Source of the DNA: Dimorphilus gyrociliatus
Lineage: Eukaryota > Animalia > Annelida
Assembly: GCA_904063045.1 (NCBI GenBank)
Contig: CAJFCJ010000010.1
Location: forward strand, 62,001-126,000
Reading direction: 5' to 3'
Length of the DNA stretch: 64,000 bases
Shown: one piece after another, positions 24,780-37,749 of the stretch
How positions within the stretch are numbered: the first letter of the stretch is position 1
How the letters are laid out: the number at the start of each line of letters is the position of its first letter
Made by a program: the position numbers and the translations under genes
The notes under the pieces: model-generated
What the model saw: the letters and a program-made list of their open reading frames with translations, nothing else
Databases searched by the model: none
What the model was told of the DNA's origin: nothing

Positions 24780-27700
24780 ATTATTTAGAATGGTGGAAGG
24801 ATTAAGAGACAGTAAAAATTCCTCTATTTGGATGATGGACTGTAGCAGTGTTATAGTTAAAAAACGTCATGATTATATATAGTACTTAGTCCAATAAGTA
24901 TTTCCATCGTTGAACCGGTTCATTAATTTAACTCATTGTTTTATGAATTAAGGTAAACGTATAGAGGGGAGACAGGCAGTGGAAGAGATGATAGAATTTT
25001 ATACTTGGGTTTTGAAATAATGAAAATATCCTGCTTACTATAGGCTTTAAATATTTCACACAGGAATGAGACCACTATTGATCGTTTCCCATTCAAGACT
25101 GTCACGCATGAATTCTTTTGGCGACTTCAATATATACGCAGTCAGAATTGGGCGTGTTGTGTTTCAAAACGCAACGATTTCTATTTAATCCTTCTACTTT
25201 GGTAAGTCAAAAAAAAAAGTTTTTTCCAAATTTTCTCTATAAAAATCTAAATCTATAACAACGATCAAACAATATTTAATGCCGAAAACGTGCCTAGATT
25301 TGAGAAAAATATCTTCTTCTTCTAATATAATATACGCTCCATTCAAAGTAGCTAGGCAAACAGAGAGGGTAAAATAAACGTGGCACTGCCCACGAGCAGA
25401 TTCATTCCTCCACTGGATTTCATTATGGAAGTAATTTGAGCCTACTGCCATTACTATTTTTTCACTATTAGCTAGTTTTTGTTTTAATATAAATTTGCTT
25501 ATGAATATAATCTAATTGTTTATCAACGTCAGGAACAAGAAGTAAGAATGCAGTTTAGCGTGGACGACGTAAGACAAATAGTATGGAGTTCAACACTATA
25601 TAGTCCACATGATATCGTCAGTCAAATTTTTCCTCTATTTGTCAAAATTGAGAGCGGCAGTGATGAAAACTTAAACTTGAAACCTAATCAGGTTAAACTG
25701 ATACATTCCTTAGTATTACAACCGATATGATTCATTTTTGTATATTCACCTATATATAGGTAATACGTTTAGAAAAATATGACAAGCAAAAGAGGATATT
25801 AATTAAGGACCAACGTAGTAGACATCTAACTGTACCGAGGAATTTTCCGATGAAATTCGTGGTAAAAAATTCTCATACTCTAAACAGTAAGAAGAAGAAA
25901 AGTAAGTCTCTTAGTTTTTTTAATCCTATATTTCATTCCATATCTTTCTCGTTCATACCAAAATGGTTTACAATATATTATTATTCTCATATTGTAAGTC
26001 ATTAACGCTTTGTCACTTCCTTTTTCTCGCTTCCACTTTTCTTGTTTTTTAATTATTCTTTAGATATTAACGAAATTTTGATAATGGTATTTCCCTTCTT
26101 TAGTTAAATATGTTAAAATTGCTATGAATCGTCAACTTTCTTTTTAAGCGAAGACTATAAATGCCAGCTTTTTCTTTAGATAGATTTTTTTATTATTATG
26201 TATATAAATTTTTTTTTAAAAAAAAATCCAATCATTCTCAAATTTTTTCTTTTTGTACTCCACGTTTTCAAGAAATCAACCTGAAATCCCTTATTTACAC
26301 TTATAATAAGCCTATTGCGAATTTCTTTATAGGCCTGATGGCAATCTGTGTAACAGTACAGACAACAAAAAAATCTTTTTCAACGGCTATAAGAAAGTCA
26401 AGAAAATAGAGATATTAGTTAATGTTTATGTTCAATATGGATTAGCAATATTTGATCGGCCTTATTCGATCTAAATACCCTCCTTTATCCTGAAATTAAC
26501 ACTACTAACCTTATCGAATATCTCAATATAAAATCAGATCACGTGAATTGTATGAATAATAAAAAGCTTTGCTATTCTTTTTTGTTTTTCAACAGCTTTG
26601 AAGCAATTTAAAGGTGCTAAGTTAAAATATATAATACGTCAATATTTTAATGGAATACAACCCCTTTTATTGGATTTTGAGTATACTGATCCATGGAAAT
26701 TTAAAATTGGAAGTGAAATAACTAATAGTAGAGAATTTGGTTCAATATTTTTAGAGACGATTAATACATCATGGGGACCAGTTAGTCCAAAGATAACCGA
26801 ACACTTTCTAAAAGGACATTTCCTGACTCGAGGTAAAATTCTTAGTTTAAATCTAGAGCATTTTAAAATATATAAAGCACGTTTAATACTTGATTGTTGA
26901 ATCGAAAAAGTAGTTCTTCAAAGCCTCTAACTCTTTATTTTGCTTTTGAGAAGAGGACTATTTATACTTTCTGTTATTTGTTAAATTTTTTTTTTATTAC
27001 TATTCAAAAGTTTATTTTTGTTAGAAAAATCATGAATAATAAATGTTAACGTTTATTGTTATTTAAGTAATTGTAATTGTTGCTGTTGTACTGTAAAATC
27101 TCAATATATATATAAATATGTGCACATAATAAATATTTCTATTATTTTTAGAATATTTCGTCATCACCGATAGAAGACCAATAGCTATACCTACAACTTG
27201 CAACCTAAAGTTGAGGGTTGCTGAGGGCTTTTTGGGAGACGAGAGCGGACTTAAATGGAAAGAATTTCAGGAATATGCTAGAAGGCAAATTAGTAGATCG
27301 CTTAGAAGTAATTTTTTTACGGATGATGGAACCATGGGTAAATAATTGATTCATTAGCTTAATGCTGATTCGAGAAGTATAGCTTTTTTAATAGACATTT
27401 TCTGTTAAATAGATATTCTTATTCCCGATATGACATCTTTGCCAAAGCATTTAAATTACGATTTCTCCGACAACGAATCGACCACAACAATATTCAGTGA
27501 ACAAACTCAGTCGGGAATTACCAATGGATCCCAAAAGATGTTCAACTCCTACAATACAAATGGATCAGCTGTAGTCCATTCTTTAGATGAGGCCACCAAT
27601 GAAATGGCAATACTGACTGTAGAAAGTGAAAAAGTTAGAGTTGACGAAGATAACAATGATGTTACTTTTGGTACAATGAAAAGTAGAAAATTTGAGGAAC

Positions 27701-28616
27701 AATCGGAAAAGATCGAAAGAGAAATTCTTGAGAGTATAACAAGATCAGAGGATGTTGTTGATGTCCAAGAACTATATAGTTCAGTCGATAGGAAAATGTA
27801 TAAGAATAAAGCTGCTAGAGGTGGTAAGATTGAAACAAGAGAGGAAGGAATTCAAACAGCTATTGATACAGAAGTAAAAAGACCCGAAGGAGTTGTAGAA
27901 CGTAACCTTAATGGGTAAATATATTATTAAAATTTATTCAATATTTAACTTTATCCAGAATTTCTTGTCTATTTTCAAGAAATAAGAGCGAAATATCTCT
28001 AACTGTATCGAAGGATGAAGATCATAGCACACTCAGACGATATCAAAAGGCCAATCATCATCATCAGCAGCAGCAACAACAACAACAACCGAATTTTCAA
28101 AATTCAGGCTATCAAAATCAAAACTTTCAACAATCTGGCTTACAGCATCAGAATTTTCAATATTCTGGTTTACAGAATCAAAATTTTCAACATACGGGCC
28201 CGCAACAAACAGTGACGACAATGCCGCGCATAGTTAGACGCCTTAAACCCAACGATTATCAATCGACATTACCTCGTCAGCAGCCAGTAGTATACCTACA
28301 GAAGGCTCACAGTGCCAGTAATCTTCTAGTTCAGCAGCAGCAGCAGCAGCAGCAGCAACCAATTTACTTGGCGCAAAACCAGGCTGGACTTCAAACTGCA
28401 TACGTCCTCCAACCAATTCAATTAGGTGGAGGTCAGCCTCTAGTGGGACAGATTGGTCAGCCAGGTAATGGAGGTCACGTGTCCGTTCTGCAAGTTGGAA
28501 ACGGAATGCAGCGAGCCGGTTCAATGCCAAGTTTGTATTCACAGCCAGTTCAAGCTGTGAATTTACAAAGGGCTAAGAGCCCTGGACCAGCATCCGTGAG
28601 AGTTGTCAACATGTAG
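24780..28616 (+). CDS. GREB1-like (TAGT/GT-A glycosyltransferase-fold) protein with acidic linker and Q/N-rich tail; true 5' end probably upstream (about 24440)
   Basis: Spliced exons give IWMMDCSSV, IIYAP, IFPLFVK and KGAKLKYII...DPWKFKIGSEITNSRE, collinear with the GREB1 C-terminal domain as recalled (ISDDSCV, YICAP, FFPLSLK, KGATLCVI...DEWQFRLRDEFQTANARE). Later exons (from 26596, about 27151, about 27412 and 27980) splice in frame to TAG at 28616. Confidence 0.62.
28092..28199 (+). repeat. Coding 30-bp tandem repeat (about 3.6 units) encoding NFQxSG(Y/L)QxQ
   Basis: Units start at 28092, 28122, 28152 and 28182. Confidence 0.9.
28332..28358 (+). repeat. (CAG)8CAA polyglutamine tract
   Basis: Read directly; encodes Q9. 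Confidence 0.95.
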
Positions 28617-28652
28617 GCAGAAATTATATATATATATAAGTATATATATATA

Positions 28653-28663
28653 TATACTGTATA
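28653..28663. mobile_element. Putative Tc1/mariner excision footprint TA-CTG-TA inside a (TA)n tract
   Basis: TATATATATATATATA-CTG-TATATATATAT; one of seven TATACWGTATA sites in the window. Confidence 0.45.
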
Positions 28664-30390
28664 TATATATATTGTAATTTATTACGATTTTTCATCGATT
28701 ACGAAAAAGAGATACAGAAAATAGACTTTTTTTAGAGAAGAAATTTATTATCATATGCAAAAAGGCAAAAAAAGCACACAAACAAAGAAAAGGGTATAAA
28801 AAAATAATAGTGATTCTTATCATAAAAAAGCTCTTTCTTATAATTCAATATAGTTATAAACAAAACTATAAAAAATATAGTCTTTTATTAATTTCTATTA
28901 ATAATTATCAATCTTAAAAAAATCTTTCTGCCAAGTTAAAGTCAAAAAAAAATTGTGCAATATAGACTATTTCCTGGCGATATTTGACATTATAACAGCA
29001 AAATTAAACTAATGAATTCAAATAGATTTTAATTACAAAATTATCTTCAAGTAAATAACAGAAAACAACAGCTTTTCAATTTATATAATTTAATTGATTT
29101 GCAGTATATACTGTATCTAGTGAATTATAAATATATATATATATATATACAGATCATAATCATAATAATTACAGTTGCTATCGCCCTCTAGTATGTTTCA
29201 TTGTAGATATTTTTGATAAAAGTAGATGGAAATGGCTTTCTTTGTAGCATTCACCAATTTTCTTTGAGAAGAAGTAGTTAGAAATGTTCATAGAGATCTG
29301 AAATATATAACTGCAATCCATATATATATATATATATATAATTAGCATGAAAGAGTAAAGGAAGATTGGTTTTCTCCCAATTTAGAGCTAAATACTTCTT
29401 ATCTGTCCTACCAACCTATCAATCTATTTATCTATATCTATCTATTACAATGAATACTATCGTGTACTTCCTACTCAATATACTCTTTCCCATTCTTTTT
29501 TTTATTATACTTGATTCTTTACAGATTAGTTTAATAGTTGATTTCACCATTTTTAAATAGTTATTATCTTTTTTCTAACAATTTATTTATGTTTTTTTTA
29601 TGATTATTTTTATTGTTTTGGCAGGTTTCTTGTTTTTTATACGAAACTTACATTTTTTTGGTGCTTACATTAAAAAAGTTTATCATTTTATGCATCTGTT
29701 TTTTAATAAATATTATATATCTATATACTGTATATATAAATTTATATATATTAATATGTAAGATACAGTATAGATATATATAACATTATATATGCCGAGA
29801 TAAAAAAGAGAATAAAATAAGCGGACTTTGTTTAGTTATAATATTATCCTATATTTTTCTTTTTAAATAGGAGAACCTATAAAATTCAACAATTACTTTT
29901 CAACCCATCCCTTTCCCTCCTTCGCTCTATCTCCCCTCAAAACCTCTCCTTAATTGTAGGCCTGTATAAACACTAGTAATCACTTTTACTAATGATTGCT
30001 AAACTTTAGCAAATTAGACGGTAGGCTTGATTTCAATGAAAGTGCAACCTTTTAACTTAATTTCTCTCAATGAAGTGATTAAAACCGAATTAAGCACATC
30101 TCGACCTGAATTTTGTTCGATTTTCTGTTTTTTTCCCGTTTTATATATATAGATATATATACTTTGAAATTGATTTTTTTTTTCATTTTAAAAAGCTTTG
30201 CTTTCTTGAACGGAACACGATTCGCAAAAAGTGATAGAGTCAATAGAGTTGAGCGTTATGTAAATTATACACATGGTGAAAAGGCCATTTGAAGAAGTTG
30301 AAAATCCAAAACTACTCGAATTCGAATATTTACTTTATAGCCACTTGTAGAAAAAAAAAGTCAGCAATAAACGGCTTATCGTCTGTAATT

Positions 30391-31239
30391 ATGGCGTTAG
30401 CTTCTGAAAATTCTCATCAAGTTCAATCTGCTAACGAGAAATTCGACGCCGCCTTTCAACGTGCTGTTGAAGAGTATAATAAGGCTCAGAGGACTATTTC
30501 GGCAAGGATACGGTCCAACCAACAAATGGTATTACGGAGATTTGAGAGAACTTATCTCACTACAAAATTAAATGAAGCCAGGTTAACGAACGATAAAAAG
30601 CTGGAAAGAGCTATTAGAGCTCAATTAGAAGGGTTTATGAATAACAGGGGAAGTTGGCAGGATTCAAAATTGTTAGACGACATTGTTGCTAGATCTTCGA
30701 CGAGAAGAGAAGAGAGAGATAGGATAAGAAATGCTTCTTTTCAATTTGAACAAAACTGTTTTGAACAAATTAAAAGTCCTGATCGGTTAGCGAGACCGAT
30801 TACAACCAATTATCCTTTATTTAAGAAGGAAGCAAAATCAAAAAGTCACGGATTACCACCAAAAACAGCTGACGGATATCTAGGAACACTAAGTTGTCAT
30901 CAAATTGGAGCGGGTCGATTACGTAGTTCACTGGACAACAGACCAAGATCTGTAAGTGTTCCATTTCCAACGTGTACCTCAGCAAAATCTGATTTAAAGC
31001 GAACTGTCGATTTTCGATCAAGGGCTGAGAAATTCTACAAAACTGTTGAACCCTTACTAATACCTTCTAAGACTGATTACTATAGTTCAAGAATGAAGGG
31101 AGTCGTACGTATAAATTTGGATATAAATCCTTTAAATTACAATACGGGTAGTACAGATACTTTAATGAAAACTCAGAAAGTTAGAAATTTAACATTTAAA
31201 TATGTTGATAACACTAAATTGACCGATGATTTTGAATGA
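30391..31239 (+). CDS. Intronless hypothetical protein (282 aa), N-terminal coiled coil, basic C-terminus
   Basis: Long stop-free frame in AT-rich DNA; first ATG at 30391 in context ATTATGG; no family recognised. Confidence 0.7.
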   Translation: MALASENSHQVQSANEKFDAAFQRAVEEYNKAQRTISARIRSNQQMVLRRFERTYLTTKLNEARLTNDKKLERAIRAQLEGFMNNRGSWQDSKLLDDIVARSSTRREERDRIRNASFQFEQNCFEQIKSPDRLARPITTNYPLFKKEAKSKSHGLPPKTADGYLGTLSCHQIGAGRLRSSLDNRPRSVSVPFPTCTSAKSDLKRTVDFRSRAEKFYKTVEPLLIPSKTDYYSSRMKGVVRINLDINPLNYNTGSTDTLMKTQKVRNLTFKYVDNTKLTDDFE

Positions 31240-31272
31240 AACTATACCTAGCAACCAATATTAGTCATTGCT

Positions 31273-31294
31273 AGAGAGAGAGAGAGAGAGAGAG
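31273..31294. repeat. (AG)11 microsatellite
   Basis: Read directly. Confidence 0.95.
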
Positions 31295-31888
31295 AAAAGC
31301 TCTTTTTTAGTTGGTTCGTTAACAAACTACCAAAACAAATTAGAACTTCTTAATTAAATATTTTAATAGTGTCATATGTCATATTTCGTTTAATTAAACG
31401 CTTCTAGATATTTATAATACTTGTAAAAATCTTGTCAAGGGTTTGCTTAATCCATTCAAAACGCTGAATTTATAAAAGAATTAAATTTCAACCATAAAAT
31501 TTAAATAAACAATCTTCCCTTCCCTTTCAACCCCCGCTTTAATCATATTGATATATATTAACAAATATTACTAAAACAACGCCATCTAGTAATACTTCTG
31601 TGTGCCATAATTTTCTATATGAACGCATAATTTTCGTATATATATACTGTATATCTTGTAATATTTCCTTGAATATAATTGATCTATTTGTTCATTTTAA
31701 TAAACTTTTCTCTTGATGAATATTTATTAGCTTGATTTGTTAGTTATTTCTTCTTCAGGTCTATGATAAACTATAGAATATATTATTATGCCTTATTAAA
31801 TTATATTGAATGTAATTTCCATTTTTAAGCAAAAAAATTCAAAGAAAATGTTAACATTTATGAATAATATGCTAAAATTTTTTTCAAC

Positions 31889-32412
<524 letters not shown>

Positions 32413-32472
32413 TATTATTCAGATAGCAGTCGAAACGTTGGAAAATTTTCGTCTTACGAATATTTTACCTAA

Positions 32473-32489
32473 TTTTTTCGCGCCAAAAA
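32473..32489. promoter_or_regulatory. Overlapping DHFR-type E2F site TTTTCGCGCCAAAA upstream of UFM1
   Basis: Exact match about 60 bp upstream of the UFM1 ATG. Confidence 0.5.
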
Positions 32490-32774
32490 TTCAAAAATGT
32501 TTGACTGCAAAATTGAATTGTGTATTTGATATATTATTTTAATTTATTGTTCAAAATTTTAATATCAAACTATTACTTTCAGCATAGTTTTAAAACAATT
32601 TTCAGGACAGAGGTTTTCATTGCTTTTCTTTCAAATTGTTTTTAGTACCGTAAGATGTTAGCTACAGATTGTAAAGATTGAATAAAATTTCTACATGTCT
32701 GTAATCCAGAATATTTTTATAAACATTGTCTAAAAGAAAATATTCTTAATAAATTCATAGATAAAACGTTGTTA

Positions 32775-34101
32775 TTAATTAGTTTTTGGATGCTCTTTCA
32801 CGTGATTTCTATAATCTTTCTTCTGTTTGAAAGCCCTGTCACAATGTGGACACGGATACGGATCTATTTCCGGGTGATTGTCCCTTAAATGTAACCTGTA
32901 GTTGGATCCGTGAGAAGCTTCAAATGGACAAACTGGACACTTGTACGGTTTTTCTCCAGTATGAAGACGCCTATGCTCTTCCAAGTGAGAACTACTTTTG
33001 AATCCGCTTTCACAGAAGTCACAAATATACTTTCGCTAAAAAAATAAAATACGGTGAATCGTTATTTCAGATTTTGCGAAATTATTCTTACAGGCAAGTT
33101 AGACGGTTTCGGTTTATGACTTAAACCAAATTTATTCTCTGGTTCAGGAAGGAGAGGTAGATCTTCAAATTGATCAACAATACTAGCATCTAGAGGAGTA
33201 TTATCAACACTCAAGTCTATAACATCTTGATCATTTGTATATGCACGTATTTCTTCCTCTCTAGTCTTTTTACGACTCGATCTTCCTCCTCTTTTAGATA
33301 TTCTTCGGCCTTTCTTTTTCAAAGGAGAGTCAATCTCATCATTTGAATTATTCCCATCTCCTGCTTCTGTATCGCCTTCCTATAGATAAGAAGAGTATTA
33401 TATGGTTTATAGATATATATTAGAGCATAAAAAAAAAGCATACCGAATAATCCATGGAATTTCTGTTCCTTCGCCCTTGTCTTGAAGATGAGATTGATCT
33501 CATTCCCCTACCTCTACCTCTTTTTCTTTTTCCTGAGCTCTTAAGAGGTAATGTACTACCAGCTTCCAATTCATCGTCATAATCAGTTGATGATGTTTTT
33601 ATTTTCCCTCTTGAGGAATATGGCTCCTCTTCCTCATTATTTTGATCTATTTTTTTATCTATTATTATTTCTTCTGTATCTTCCTTAATTTCTACCTTTT
33701 CGGCAGCTAAACGAGAAGGACGCCGAGTCCTTAGCCTAGTTCCTTCATACTTAGCTGCGCTGGCATCGTTTTCATGTAACATTTTATTTGTCAAGTTAAG
33801 AACCATAACACTATCGTCTAGAGTTACAGCTATCATACCCTCAATTTCATATTCTTTAAAATTTGGTAATGTTTCTTTAGCTAAGTTTAAGATGCTATTA
33901 TATATCGAATGTCTCAAGTTTTGGTGGTCGAATCTGGAGACTTTCTTACTAAAAGGCAAAAGAAATTTGAAAAATGTATACAATTAAATACCTTTAAAAT
34001 ATACTACTATTTAAAATGCATAAAGCGCTTTATAGAAGCAATAATTATTGAAATAATATTATAAGATATTTCTAGACATAGCAAATAGTTACTTACTTCA
34101 T
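32775..34101 (-). CDS. C2H2 zinc-finger protein (3 fingers) with an N-terminal globular domain and basic RG-rich linker
   Basis: ATGAA|gtaagt micro-exon at 34101-34097 splices to T-AAG-AAA (MNKKVSRFD...). Last exon YICDFC...[12 protein letters not shown]...H...YPCPHC...H. Confidence 0.87.
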
Positions 34102-35189
34102 CCTAATAGTGATTTTTAGCGACAATTTGACAAGCAATTTTTTTTCTATAGGACGAAAATACCGGAACTTCCTGTTTATATAATAACTCCACCTAGTTGA
34201 CAAAAAGGTAAATAAAATTGTATTACTTAAGTTTACAATATGTATTTTCCATTTTATTCAAGATTTTTTTTATTGTTCTAGTAAACTTAGAGAAATATTA
34301 TATTATAAATATTATAATATCGCATTAAATAAGAATTAATTCGAGCCTATAATATGTACTGCAATATTAAATATCCATCTAGTATGAAATTCAATCAAAT
34401 AATAGAGACACTAAGTAACATAAAAAGCAACTTCCACGCCTGTTTGTCTTGAAATATTAAAGAGAAATTTTTCATTATACAATATATATATATTGTAAAA
34501 AATGGTCTTGTACAGCATGGGTTGATAATAGAGAGGAAAGTATTTAATAAAATTGTACGTAATTGCCCCTAAAAGATATTTTCGTAAAATGATGATAGAT
34601 TCTTCTTATAACAATACAAAAGGAGAGTCATCATTCTTTTTTATACTCGTATATAGATTGATGATACATATATATATAGGATATGGAATTGTATAGCATT
34701 AAGTTTAAAGGCGAGTTTGCGAACAGGCTCGCTTTTAAAACATATTCTATTACCTAGATAAACTATTTATAAAGAGCGTTGAAAATACAATGTTTGAAAC
34801 TATCTAATTTAGCCTCGCATGAATCTCATTACTAATCCATACTCCATTTACCTTCGCATAATCGCTATAAGCAAGGTTTTTCCCTTTTAATTTATTTTAT
34901 ACTTCGTCTATTGATAATAGAAACCTCAACACCAAATATGGATTAATGTTTTCATTAAGGCCTTTTTAGCAAGTAAATAGCTCAATTATTAAAAACTGCA
35001 AAAGAAACATCTCCATAAAAATAATAGTAATAATAACAATCTAACTAACAGTCATTGTTGATATTCTATTCTACTTTTTCCTCATTCTCTCTATCTTTTT
35101 TTCTGTGGAAGGTTAAAAGCGACATCTATTAAAAAAAGAGCTAGCTATGTTCTTTATCGTCTGCTATTACAAATATAAAAAAGAAAGGC

Positions 35190-36063
35190 ATGCAAGCCAA
35201 TTCAGAATGTCGATATTTTGTAAGGGAATATGAACTGAACGATGGTCAAATTTTAAAAATTAATCAGAATGAAATTGGAGATGTTGGGTGTGTTGTTTGG
35301 GATGCTGCTATTGTTCTTAGCAAATATATTGAAAGCCAATCGTTCAAAAATATATTGACGCTGGATGGTTCGAATATCTTAGAAATTGGAGCAGGTACTG
35401 GCCTATGTGGAATAGTATCATCATGTCTCGGGTTAGAGAGTTTATATCTTTATTCAATAAAAAGAAAAACAACAGTAAAAATACACTTAAACTACATTTA
35501 ATATTTTGGAATTTTTTAGAGCTCAAACTACAATAACCGATTTACCTCAATTTCAAAATCTTATCAACAAGAATATTAACGAAAATAAACACTTGATCAA
35601 AGGGAAAGCGAAATTTCAGGTATTAGAATGGGGAAAAGATTTAGAATTATTTAAAAAAGACGAGTTCCAATGTATCCTTATGTCCGATTGCATTTATTAT
35701 GATGAGGTATTAAAGTTTGTAATGAATTTATTCAAAAAAATAGAATAATAATAATAATTGTATATATTCAGTCATTAGAACCGTTACTTACAACTTTAAA
35801 TCAGTTATGTAGTAGAGATACAAAAATATTCTGCAGTTTCGAAAGAAGGGATACCGAACATAAGAAAAGATTAGAGAAAGAATTTTTTAAGGTTTGTTTC
35901 AAAAGCTTAAGTTGTTAAAATTTTAGTGCTAAAACATGTCTTTAATAAATGTTTTTAGGCTCTGGGAAAAGATTTTAAATTCTATACGATCCCCATCAGC
36001 GAACAAGATAAAGTCTACTCGTGTGACGACATTGTTATTTTAGTTGTTGAGAAAAAGCAGTAG
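35190..36063 (+). CDS. VCPKMT: Protein-lysine methyltransferase METTL21D (VCP-KMT)
   Basis: FVREYELNDG...GDVGCVVWDAAIVLSKY, ILEIGAGTG and ILMSDCIYY; four exons, stop TAG at 36061-36063. Confidence 0.9.
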
Positions 36064-37749
36064 CTTTGAAGCTTCGTATCATCATGCTTAGCCAAAAAAA
36101 CTTACTTATTTTGCGAAACAATATATAATTTATTGCAGTGATAATAGTTAGGTGATATATTTCATACTGCCGCCATATTAAATGAATGGATTAAAACAAT
36201 AAGCCACCGTTTTCTTTTAATAGCCGATTAAAGCAACAAAATAATGTATTGAACTGCATAATTTTACAATTCAACTTAGCAACAAAAAAGTGGAAAAAGA
36301 TTAAAAAAAAAACAAACGTTTCGTAATAATTTTTTTCGATAATATAATAATAATGTTCAATTTTTGTAATGCATATATTAGAATCTACGTCGAACAAGTG
36401 GCAAAAAGAACTTAATTTTTTCCTCAATGTGATATTTTATAAACAAGTGTAAAAGAGATCAAGCAAGCCTTAATCCTTTGAAAATTAACGTTGCAAAGGC
36501 ACACACGGGTTGTATCGGTTAGAACCAAAGAATACTGATGTAAATGTTATATTCTTGTTTATTACTATTTGGAATATAGTGAACTTATTTTACGCCCTTT
36601 TAGCCTTGATCACGTGATATTATTAACATATCAAAATCAGTGTCATCCAACATCAATAAACAATAGTATTAATATTGTAATTAAAGCCGAAGTATTTCTT
36701 AATTCAGCCAACACTTCGATGTAGATTTTATTTTTTTTTAATTTAAAACTTGTCAAAAGACAACGGAAACTCTCGCCTGAAACACTGTAAGTAGTCATAT
36801 TAAGTCTTTAAAAAACAACACACCTATTACAGGGTTCCAAGCATGCGCTTCCGCTTAAAACAACAGCTCTTGAAGAGTTAAAAAATACGAAAATCACGTG
36901 ACCAATAACTAGTGTAATATTATTACGAAACGGCTGTAGCATTCTTTGGCGAAAAAAGCTGACACGTCTCATCCCTTCTGGGTCACGTATAAAATATTGC
37001 AGCTGCATAAAATATAGAAACAAACACTTGTCAACACGATAAAAATATGAAAGACGATCAAGGAATTATACCACAATTCGCTATTAAATTATTAGTTGTC
37101 AAAAAAAAAAAGAAAATAGTAAAACGACGAAACCCAGCCGGGCGAGCTGATATTTTTTTCTTTTGTAACACACGACGTGGCAAGACTGGAAAAAAAAATT
37201 ACAAGCTATTTTTTGTCTATTTTTGGCGCCTTGCAACTGGCGATTCTTTTAAATTGACGGGCATTAAAAAAAAGCACAAAAAAACACACTGCATGACAAT
37301 GACCGCGAGATTCGGAACAAAAAATTTTTTAACGTTCTGAAAGTCTTTGTTTTCATAATTTTCAGATATGACGAACAAAACGACTAAAAAGCCCGTCAAT
37401 GCCTATTGAAAATTTTCTTATAAGTCGACGTTATACTACGCGTTGCATCAACAGCCTAACAAATTTTTCAGTAAAATATCCAACATTCAGTACAACAATG
37501 AAAAAAAAAAATGAAAAACAAATTTGCAAAGAAAAACTCTCGGTATAAATTAATCGATTTGTTTTAAATATTTGAAACACAACAACTTGCAAAAAATATC
37601 TAAAATTGTCAAACACAATTCAACAAATTTTGGGCTTGACTAGCAATATAATTATATGCGCATTTTTATAAATAGAGAATAAACTTTTTTCCGCGCCCAA
37701 ATATTACAACGACTACCGAAAAAGAAAAAATAAACTGCAAACGTTTTTT

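Noticed and set aside
25194-25451. Minus-strand 85-aa ORF
   Set aside because: Antisense to exons of the plus-strand GREB1-like gene.
26161-26409. 82-aa ORF as a separate gene
   Set aside because: Mostly intronic poly-T/A; the probable exon there reads in another frame (PDGNLCNSTDNKKIFFNG).
36191-37616. Several 60-97-aa ORFs downstream of brat
   Set aside because: K- or F-rich translations of A/T runs in a probable 3' UTR.
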